This document shows positions 28,209 through 39,120 of a stretch of 64,000 bases of DNA, piece after piece (positions within the stretch are counted from its first letter, which is position 1; each line of letters opens with the position of its first letter). The translations under genes and the position numbers were made by a program. Below the pieces are notes generated by a model, which saw only the letters and a program-made list of their open reading frames with translations, did not search any database and was not told the origin of the DNA. Origin of the DNA: Paragordius varius (Eukaryota > Animalia > Nematomorpha); contig OZ176052.1 of assembly GCA_964247055.1 (NCBI GenBank), forward strand, positions 9,486,001 through 9,550,000, written 5' to 3'.

Positions 28209-29881
28209 TAATTAGCACATCATAAATTTTTAAATAACTATAATAATAATGGGTCCATTTAAAGAGAAACGATTTAATAATTTTCGCAATATCCATATAC
28301 AACCTACAATATACTTTATCTTAAATTTGCTCACCCCCTTATATTGCAGTTATCCTATCGTAGACACATGCATGTAAAAATTGAATATATATAATAGGGA
28401 AAACATGAATTCGAAAATAATATAAGGCTCATTATAATCACTGAGAAAATAATTAATTATCTATCGTATTGATTCCATATATTTTTATAAATAATATATG
28501 CAATTTATATTTACGAAATAGGACCTGTGTCGCAAATATTATTTAATATATTTCAGCATCTTACGCTTTTGTATTTTATAATTAGACATTTTTAAATATG
28601 ACTTTATACATCTAACTTATTGTATTGGAGAATTTAGTAAAATAAATATACATTTTATACATTATTACATACATATTTCTTTTGAATATTACCATTATAT
28701 TGTGTTAAAAAAGTTGTTAGAAGATTTTTATCAATTAAAAATTCTATTATTTAAAAATCTAAATCAAAGTTCGGATGTTATTATCGAAATATGGAGAAAA
28801 TGTGTGTATAAATATCTTACATGTGTCTACACCGTTTCTAATATTCTTTAAATCACCATAGACGTAGGCATTTTAAAATAATTTTTTGTTGTCATAAATA
28901 TAAAAATATTGTGCAAAATCAGCATTTTTCTTTCTATTAAAAAAGCTGGCCGATTTTAGAGGAGTCTAAAGGGCCGCCATTTTATGAATTACCCCCTCTC
29001 TCCACCCCCCACCAAGTTAAAAGGTTTCAAACAAATATTGGTTTTAAATTTCCCGCAATAGGAGTATATTAAGTTTCTATAATAATTTTTAAAATTATTT
29101 TACAATTGCACCAACAGTGACTAAGCCTATTTTTTGAATCAGTCCCTAAGCTCCTCTACCTCCATGTAAAAATAGCATTTTGAACAATTTTTGGTTTTGT
29201 AATACGATTCCGGAAAACGTGTGGACTCAGTCATTAATAGTGTAGTTCTTTATTGTTTTGCCGTCGCACCGAAAGTGACCAAGCCCTTTTTGTTAGAATA
29301 TTCTCTAAATTTAGACCCGCTCTGTGAAAATAGGAGGAGCTTTTAAATAATATTTTCGTTGAAGCAATTTTAAGCGTGCAGGTTTGAAAAAAAAAGAATG
29401 TTTTTATACCAAATAATTAAATAACCATATCTCCCTAATTAAGTTAAGATTTAATATTTTTATATTATTTTTGAATTAAATTTAGCGTGTCATACGGAAC
29501 ATATGATTCTTTTCTAGAAAATCTAAAACCTAGTTTCCAAGTTCTTCTATTTTAAACCTGAAAGAACACACCAAAAAACAGAATAAATGTTTTTCTCGCA
29601 TCAAGCTGATATATGTATTTAGTGGAATGAGTTCAAAAATCCAAGTGATATAAATTTTATTCGTAAATTATATATTATAAATTAAGTTATATAATACTGC
29701 CATATGGAGAATCAAATCCAAATATTCTTGTGTGATAGGCAAAAGTATTCTAAGTGATTTTCGGAACTAATCGAATACAGTTAAAGAAAACAGTGTATAT
29801 ACCATAAACAGTTGATAAAGGCTACACTTACTATACTATGCATATAAGGGATGCAAGCGTAGAAAACAATTGGTTTACATA

Positions 29882-32861
29882 CACTTGGATACAACACATT
29901 TATTTCAGTCCTTCGATTCAAACTGGGGCAGTTGGATACCCCAGGCCTATTTAAAATTAAACACTTTCTAAAATATGGAAGGCGAAAACCAAGTCAAAAT
30001 TTTGCACTTATATAACATTGTTAAACCGGAATATATAAAAATATTTATTAAAAAATACTTGATATTACTTATTTTTAGGTTAAACTTCAAGGTAATTTGG
30101 TCATGATATATGTGCATTGGCTAAATTGAAAATAAAGCAAAACCGCTCTTTCTATTTCTATCAATGTTAGATGTGATTTAAATAAAAAATTAGTTTTAAT
30201 TTTACCTTTAAGTTTATGAACACGATATTTTTTAAAATATAAATGGCGTTGAAGTAGTTTGACATGAAATTTTTTTCAAAACGAAATTTATTTAGATACT
30301 ATTGTAAATCTCGTCCTGCTAGCCAGAGGAAGTCCTTCGGACTTCTTGTGGGGGTGGAGAAGGGGGCGCTATTTGAAAAAAGGGATCAACAAAATTGCAT
30401 ATATGTGGATTATTTCGAAACATTATTTGATAGTTATGATCTCAGGATTTTCAAAACGGTGCTTCATATTTTAAAACTGTGCATTTGTACTAATATATTG
30501 TTTACTGGTGTGAAGACCTAATATTGACGGCCAACGGAAAGAACCGCTATACTATATTTTTTTCCTTTTTATGGGTAATATTTAAAGCCTTTAATTGAAC
30601 TCGGATGGCTTCTTAAGTTTTTTGAAAAATAGCTTCAAAACCACGCTATTTATGCATAGCGTATCAGTTTTAAATCGGTAGACCCCTACCCATAGACCTA
30701 TGTGGAAAAGGCACTGAGTAGGGCAAATATTTGGAATCATCTTTGATACCATCGTCTCATTGGTTATTCAAAAAAATACATCAAGATTGAATTATCGTTA
30801 TATGATGGCGTATTTTTGGGCATAAAGGCCTCAAATTTACGGCTAAAAAAACGCCTGACCTTATTTTTAGTTACGGGTAATATTTCCTACAATTTCTATA
30901 TAGTGGCTCAGTTTTTGGCGGGTAGCTCCTTACCCAGAAGCAGGTATAAAAAAAGCGTCATGCAAAATTTTTGCCTTTAGGGGAATATCTGGATTATCAT
31001 GGATTCCATATATTCCCATAATTTCTTGGTTGCATCAAAACTAAAAAATTGTTCTATGGCGGCGCATTTTTCAGGGCGTAAAACACTTAGCGACTCATTG
31101 ATATAACCTCTTATACTAAAATGTTTGTTCGTTAAGGGGTATTAAATATTTTAGCTTATTCGACTCACATAGTCTCATAGATTTTCTGAAATTTGGCTCC
31201 AAAGGCATGCTGTATCGATATGGTGACGCAGTTTTACGCGGGTAGCCCCCTTACCAGGGGCGACACAAAAAACGCTCGATTGAAATTTTTGCCTTAATTC
31301 GGGAAATACCTGGAATGATGATTGATTCTATATGCTCTAGATTTGCGAAAAATTGCCATAAAACCAAAGATTTTCTATGGTTTCGCATTTTTCAAAGCAA
31401 GGGCCTAATGAAGGGGTAATTTAATAAAACCGTTTTACCTAATTTTTCCTTTTACGGATATTTCAAGCCCTTATTAAACTCATATGGCCTGATAAGTTTC
31501 CTAAAATTTGCCTCCAAAGTCACGCTGTATCGATATGGTGGCGCAGTTGTAGGCGGGATATCCCCCTACCCAGAAGCCAATATAAAAATCTTTCCATAAA
31601 AATTTTTGCTTTTATAGGGGAGTACCTGGATTCATTATTGAATCCATTTAATAATTTTTGGAAGAATGGCTTCAAAACTAAATAATAGTTCAATGATAGA
31701 GCATTTTTAGGGAAGGGCTCAATTAACGGCTAATGTAAAAAACCGCTCTTAAATTTTTGGTTTTCTATGGATAATTTTAGACCCTTACTGCCTGATAAGT
31801 TTTCTTATAATTAACTCCTAAACAACGCAATTTCGATATGGTGGCGCAGTTATAGGCGGGTAGCTCCCTACCCAGAGGATGATACAAAAAAAGCGCATGA
31901 TTAAAATTTTTGCCTTTTAATACCTAAAATCATGATTGATTCCATATGCTCTCATTAGTTTTTGGAAAAATTGCCTCAAAACTAAAAAATTGGCGCATTT
32001 TTCAGGGTTTGAAGGGCTTGATTAAGGGCCAATTTTAAAAAACCTTACGACGTTAATTTTTGCCATGTTACGGGTATTTTAATCACCTATTGAACTCATA
32101 TGGCCTGATAGGTTTTCTAAAATTTAGCCCCAAAGACACGCTATTTCGATATGACGGGGCAGTTTTTATCGGGTATCTCCCTACCAAGCAGCCAATATAA
32201 AAAACTCACGACTAAAATTTTTGCCTTATAACACGGAATACCTGAAGTCGTCATTTTTTTGAATCTATTTTTCCCCCAATGTATGAGACTGTAAAAACTC
32301 ACTGACGACTCCAGGTATTCCGTGTTATAAGGCAAAAATTTTAGTCGTGAGTTTTTTGTGGACTTTTTTTTAATTAAATGGCATTTTACGGGGGGAGCGG
32401 CTAAAAAGAGAGCCTACATTAGAAAAGCGAGCCGACTATGTTCGGCGCAATCGAAAATAAGTAAAAAAAATCATATTTGATATCGAATGGTCCAACATGT
32501 TTTCCAGAAAATTGTCTCAGAGACACGATTTTTGTGGACTTTTGTTTTCAAAACAAACCAGTTTTTTACACGAGGTGGGCCCGAACTGGGGGTCCAATTC
32601 AAAAAATGCAAAGCTATTGTCGGGGCATTCATTAATGATTATATTTTTTCGACATTGGGATTCGAATGGTCTACCGGTTTTCCGGAAACAGATCATAAAA
32701 CCAGCATTTTCTATTTTAATAAATATGTATAACTTATTTATATAATTATTATTATTAGGATAGAAGAATAAATTTAAATTGGTACCGTTTTCTTCAGTAG
32801 TTTAAAAATATTAACTTAAATTTAGTCTGGGGTATTTATACCCTAATTTGAATCAAAGCGT
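29882..32861 (+). mobile_element. piggyBac-like MITE (family B) split by a 2.4-kb family A insertion
   Basis: Left part 29882-about 30295 and right part about 32735-32861 (ctggggta...aatcaaagcg followed by TTAA) together match the intact 570-bp copies at 35716 and 61229. Confidence 0.75.
30300..32735 (+). repeat. Family A element with an internal tandem array of about 315-bp dimeric units (two about 155-160 bp subunits)
   Basis: Alternating motifs atggtggcgcatttt (about 30800, 31057, 31376, 31693, 31991) and atatggtggcgcagtt (about 30897, 31219, 31534, 31837, 32149) recur with about 315-bp period. The 3' block is shared with 22480-22785. Confidence 0.75.
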
Positions 32862-33439
32862 TAATAGAAACATAACTATAAAAACGTAGTATTAAGGGAT
32901 TTTATCAAACCAATTAAATAGATGTTCAATAACGGAAACAAAGACAATGATATGGTTGATTTGTGCCAATTTAAAAGTTACATGTTTGATCAGACTCTAA
33001 TGGGAGTAGTCTAGCAGAAAACGAATCCATTGTAAAGGCATTTTTTATGAACAGAATAATGTGTAGGGACAGGGGTCGGCCCTTGCCAAGTGGGCGGAAA
33101 ATTTAAACCTTGGCCTCGGACCACAAAAGCATGAAAGAGATTCGAAAGCTTATTTATAATTTTTTAAATATGTCTCTTAATTTTAATTTTTTCCATGAGT
33201 ATCGGAAAATAAATTTTACTTATTTTTATATGTTAATATTTAAAATTATTTTAGTTATATACTCAGCTTAAAGCTGTTCGTTCTAATTAGCTGTTTTAAA
33301 TTTTCGCAAAATACCCGTATATAAAATCATATTTTTTGTTGGGGTAAATTTTATTAAAACAAATTTTGGGATTCCTATAATTTTAAGAATATTTTAATCA
33401 AAAAACAACTTTTATTAGCATATTTTTGCTTTATAAAGG

Positions 33440-33738
33440 AGATCGTTAATATGTAATCCTTTTATCCCTTTAATGTCCCGGGTAATGTGAGAACACAATT
33501 TTGTAAAACGAGATTCTCAAAAAAATCTAGATAGACAAAGAATAAATTTAATGGAAAGTTTTAATATGGTCACTTTTATAAATACAATACTTAAACCCCT
33601 AAAAGAATAGTGAAAAACATTTTTATTAAATAGGGTAAGTTTTGTTTTATATTTCCATTTCCGCTATATATTGCAAAAACTTTATTATAATAACTATAAT
33701 AAGACTTTGTCACGGCAAAGCGTGATAGGGTCAGCTAG
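33440..33738 (+). mobile_element. Non-autonomous Helitron
   Basis: Canonical 3' end: hairpin gtcacg-gcaaag-cgtgat followed by gggtcagCTAG then T (33738/33739). The 5' TC start near 33440-33457 is only approximate. Confidence 0.6.
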
Positions 33739-35715
33739 TTATTTAATGAAATTCTTAGGTGATAATGTTCAGCATCATCGAATTATATGAAAGTGTTTTT
33801 TTAATATTTTAAAGCGTTTTTAAACGGTCATCCATCCTCAAAATAGTATATGGCACTCTTAAAAAATTTTTTATAAAAAAATATTTTATTAAAATTTAGC
33901 CTATATTTAAAATTTTATCGCGCGCTCTCGACATTTGTGCGTTTACTAGCCAATTATAGAACAGCCACTAAATTTGGGACTTTTGAAGGCCCCGTCTAAT
34001 AATTAATCTTTTTTATATTATTTTGCTTTTAATATGCAGTTTATAATATTTTTAAGTTATATCCTTTTATAAACATTTGGCTTTCACCAAAAAAATTTAT
34101 TTAATATGGATAGTTTATTATCCTCAAGAGATTGGAAATTTAAATTAAAAGTATTTAAGCTACTAAGCCATAATTCAATATGCTTTCTTAAGCCTTTTAG
34201 GTGCATTATACATTTTTTTTAAAAACTGTAAAATTATTATAAAAAAAGTCTCACCTCATATTTATTTGTCGCCATTTTTTGCCATAAATTTTCTTAAATC
34301 GCTATAGAAACAGGCAAATAAATTTATATTATGCTTATAAAATCTAAATTATTAACTTTAAAAAGCTTCCATGCTAGATTTTACCAGCAATAACTTTATA
34401 TATATTGATTTTAATATCAGCTATTCGTTTCGATCGTGTTTTAGCTGTCCCAATTAACAAGTATATGAGAACAATATTTATAAATTTTAACTAAAATATA
34501 TTTCACTGTAGTTTATTTATAAGATTGAGCTCTAAACAAAACTACCACAAAAGGTAAACTAGGACAAAAAAAGTGAAAAGGTATTAAAGTGTTCAATTCA
34601 AAATTTTGCCAATAGCCGACATGGGTACCAAAAAAATAAATAATTTTTTTTGACATTTCATGATTTTTTCACTTTTTGCGATGACATATTGCAGTAATTT
34701 TATATCCCAAAGATCACTTTGGTAAATACACTATTATTTTAGAGAAAATTTAATTAACAAACGTTGTTCTTTTGTATTAGATATAAAAGCTTATATTTTT
34801 ACAGTTTTCAGATCATAGATTTAATAAAGTTAGTACAGGGCAAAACACAATTAAACTAAACAGATTTTATCACTATATGTTAAGTTTTATCTGGTAAAAT
34901 ACAATTTAGACGTTTTTTAAGATATTCAAATTTAAACCACTATATGTATATAAAACCACCACAAAAAAGTTAGGAAGTGTTAAACAAATTGCTTACTGTG
35001 ATTAAAACAGTATAATCGTTTTTAGTTAATATGTATGCCATTAATCTGACCTAAAACATTTTAAAAGTAGTCTTTTATTTATATCGCACATCCAAAATTA
35101 TAACTAGTGTTAAACCACTCATTTACCTTAATAATTATTTAAAATAATTTGAATCTAATCCAAACTTAATCAATAATAACTTTAATTAGGAGAGGTTACC
35201 TATTTTAAATACAAAGGCGATGAAATTTAGACAAAGGAGATATTAGTGATAGCCTTAAATACAGGATGAAATAGTAAAAATACCATGGACTAAAACACAC
35301 AATCAATTAAATCAATTTGAAGCAAAACAACAGTTATCTTTCCTTATTTAACCTGCGATGGCTTATGCACGGAATTCTGGCCTATGACAAAGCCTAATAT
35401 AGGTAAATTTAAAACTCTGATGGATACTCAAAACAATTCTTTTTGTCCAATCTTCAATTGATTTAATAGAGTCAAAAGACAAAGATAACCTGGTCATATA
35501 GATCTTAGACCTTCAGAAAATTATATCCACATAATAATATTTTACTCCGAATTCGCTCATGACCTGCGAGGCCCTTCAATAGCTGGCCCAGTACATATGA
35601 CCAATTTATTGAAGCCAAACTAAAAATAGAAGATGCGGAAAATAGAAACGTTTGGAAAAAAATATAAACCTATCTTAATTAAGTTACTTCAATATTGAAG
35701 ATAAAAGCAGCTTAA

Positions 35716-36284
35716 CACTTGGATACAACGCATTCGTTTCAGTCCTACGATCCAAATTGGGGTAGTTGGATACCCCAGGCCTGTTTAAAATTAAATAATC
35801 AAAAAAATATGGAATGAATTGAAACGATGGCAAAATTTTGCACAACTACAACAATAGTTAACCAAAATATATAAAAATTCTTTTAAAAATACTTGATATA
35901 ACTTATTTTTAGGTGAAACCTCAAGGTAAATTTTAGTCAACATGACATGTATGCATTAGCTAAATTTAAAAATAATTTGAAAACTACATTTCTGTTTCTA
36001 TCAATGTTAATAATGATTTGAATAAAAAATTAGCTTTAATTTTAGCTTTAAACTTAAAATACGATATTTTGCAAAAATGTTGCAAAATTAAAATGGCGCC
36101 TAAGTGGTTTGATATTAAACTTTTTTTTCAAAACTAAATTTTATTGAGATATTTGGGGTTATTTATATTTTTTTTGAGGATGAAAGCATATTTTTAATTT
36201 AGGACAGTTTTTTTCAGTAGTTTTTTAAAATATAAAATTAAATATTGTCTGGGGTATTTAGATACCCCAACTCGAATCGAAGTG
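35716..36284 (+). mobile_element. piggyBac-like MITE (family B), intact, about 570 bp
   Basis: Flanked by TTAA on both sides (35712-35715, 36285-36288). Termini CACTT...AAGTG with subterminal ggggta-N-tacccc palindromes in inverted orientation. Confidence 0.8.
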
Positions 36285-36336
36285 TTAAATGAAAAAATAA
36301 ATTTGGTCCGTTTTAACGAATGTATCATATTATGCG

Positions 36337-38766
36337 ATGTTTAAATATTTTAACCCCTCAAGAATAATATGGTAAGAACAATATATAAATTTTAGCAGAG
36401 GATTAAGAGATCTTGATGCTACGCAGCAAATAACTAGAAATGAGAAAATTACTGTTGATATTTTAAATCGCAAGTTTGAAGATGTTATAATGATTGATGA
36501 ATATAATATATTTGGATTCAAACTAAATAATGGAGTTAATGTATATGGGCCGATGATTATGTTACCACGTACTGTATTGCATTGGAATGTATTTTTTTTA
36601 TTAATATCAGATTGGTGGTTTTTATGATATCACGTTTAAATCATTGATATTATTTTCCATCCTTGCACCGAAACTAGGTATATATCGTTTTTACTTCTTA
36701 GATATGTTGATAGTTGGACTTGGTGATAAAAAATATTGTACGAAGTTTGACTCTAAAATTATACAAAACTTTCGCGATAAAAATATTACATTGGAAGCCC
36801 TACCAACGGTATATTAAATTAAAAAATATATTTTTAAAGTGTTTTCAACCCAAACAAGTTTTAAATATAAAATTTTTATTATAAAATATATTTTTACGAC
36901 ATCAAATTGTATCCAAAAACTTGTGATAAAAAATGGATTCTTGTAGGCGTTGATACATTTAGTTTTTAGATAAGGTGAAAAAATACTTGTCTATTTAAGA
37001 TAAAATGTCGAATAACTGAAATTCAATAAACTTGTCCATAAATGTTAAATGTAGATATACACCTAAACTAAAAATTGCAAATTATCATTAAAATAATGGT
37101 TATATTAGTTAAATATATTTATTTAACAAAAATCATTAATCGCAAAATAGCTAAATTTTAGAATACCAATAAAAGCCTTTAAAATTTACGCATGTTTTTA
37201 AAAATACGATGAGGTGCGGGAGTATCAACCTAAAATTTTTTCGACATTTTTAGAATTAGGAATTATTGAAAAATTCGATTATAATTTAATTTTTTTTGAT
37301 TAAATCTGATAATTATAACATATCCTAATTTAGTAAAATGCTTTTAGTTTATAAAATATTTGTTTTGCATGGTGCCAACCAATCATCCAAAATAATGTTA
37401 ATAGGTGGCTAATTGTTAATTAAACTCCATAAATATTGTTTTTCTTGTGTTTAATTTTTGTGTATATTTGGATGGGATGGCATTGCAAAATATTGGTACG
37501 ATATGACATATTAAATAATAATAAAACCCTTTTATTAAAACTCTACCGTTTAAAATAATTATTTTGATTTAAATGATAGTTAATTATCATTGACTTGGCA
37601 CGATACAATTTGCAAAAATGTTTTTTGTGTTTATTCTAAGTAAACATAGAAAAGGTAGTGAGGCTTGGCGCTAAATTAATCAATTCCAAATTTTATATTT
37701 ATTATCAATAATGTTTTGGAATTTTCAAAATTTTTGAATTTATTGGAATATTTAAATATAAAAAGGTGCGAAAGATGCCAATCAAATTTAACATGATATT
37801 TTTATTTTATAAAAAATTATCATTTTAAACAGCAGTTAATTTTTTTTATCAAAAAGTCCCCATAATATGTTAAGTCATTCTAAAAGCGGTATTTTAAAAA
37901 TGTAATATATTTCATTTTGATAAATAAATCTTACTCTTTGTCTATATGCTTTTAACTAAATTATATTATAATATGATGGTGCTCACAAAAAATTTCAAAG
38001 TGCCAAAAAAATATTTTTTGTCTCAAAGGTAGACATACCGATAATTTTTATATCTGTCTGACACATTTGGAGATATTTATTACCAAATAATAACATCAGA
38101 AAATAAATAATATATGGCCATAAAAAGCACTTGGGGCCGCGGTTTGAGCATCACTGATCTAGCTTATGCTAAATTTTTTATACCGCACCGCTTTTTTCCA
38201 TTTATTTTCTCCACATTTGCTTATTTTATTAGGTTTCAAAGATGGCTTTTTGGACTACACAATAACCTAATGCCCAAAAACTTTTTTTAACGAAATAGTT
38301 TGTTTTGAAGCATTTAGATTCTGCATTTTTTTGAAAAATACAGCGATTTGATTTTAACTAATTACGGAAAACGTAATATAACTCTCTTAATTTACTCGTT
38401 ATCCCTAAAACCAAAAACCCATTAAATACTGATACATTTATTGTAACTAAAATATGTTTTTTATCAACTCCGATTTGTGCTTTGTAATTGTAAAGATTTC
38501 TTTTGTTGTTTAAGGATCAGGCTATTTCCCTCTACAACACATTAATATATGAACGTCGATTAGTGGCAGGGGCCTTTTTACCACCTACGAAATTGGTTTT
38601 AACTTCAGATACACCACAATATGTTGAAAATGTCCCGCTAGATCCCGTATTCGCCAAAGTTGATGCTGAATACAAGCGTTTTGAACAACATGAGGTCGCG
38701 GCAAGGGAAAAAGCTTTGGAATATTACAACAAATTCAAGGAATCCGAAAAAGATCGCTATAAATAG
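36337..38766 (+). CDS. NDUFAF3: NADH dehydrogenase complex I assembly factor 3 (Mth938-like domain), about 217 aa
   Basis: Exons 36337-36371, 36396-36588, 36611-36677, 36702-36808, 38515-38766. Translation IDEYNIFGFKLNNGVNVYGPMIMLPRTVLHWNIGGFYDIT...LAPKLDMLIVGLGD...ITLEALPTDQAISLYNTLIYERRLVAGAFLPP matches the NDUFAF3 pattern. The basic N-terminus is compatible with mitochondrial import. Confidence 0.88.
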
Positions 38767-39120
38767 ATCTCTGTTTGTTTTGTACTCAAATAACTATGTG
38801 CACTGTAATTTAGTCTATTTATAATTAATTTTTTGTGATTTCTATAATAAATTGGTTTTCCTCCAACTATTAATCTTATCATTAATTTTGAAAGTAATTG
38901 GGAAGTACAATTATATTTAGTTAATTGTTAATGTGTTTACATAAAAAATAATTGATTTTCGATTGCGTTTTTGACTTGAACTTACAGGGTTAAAGTAATA
39001 TAAAATAAAAAATTTTAGCCAAGTATTCATTTTTATAATTTTTTCAGTTTAATACACTTTATTTTCTAACGTCAGCTAAATTTGTTAATATTCAATCATT
39101 CAAATTCAAAATATTCAGCC

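Noticed and set aside
32487-32745. ORFs at 32487/32497, 22281, 30264, 61155 and 63353
   Set aside because: They lie within non-autonomous repeat copies, the frames are not conserved between copies, and there are no transposase motifs.
23000-36395. Stop-codon read-through or a variant genetic code instead of tiny introns
   Set aside because: The 22- and 23-nt segments break frame, all segments have GT..AG ends, and removing them exactly restores conserved motifs. TAA, TAG and TGA act as normal stops elsewhere.
36330-36521. Minus-strand 63-aa ORF
   Set aside because: Antisense shadow of NDUFAF3 exons.
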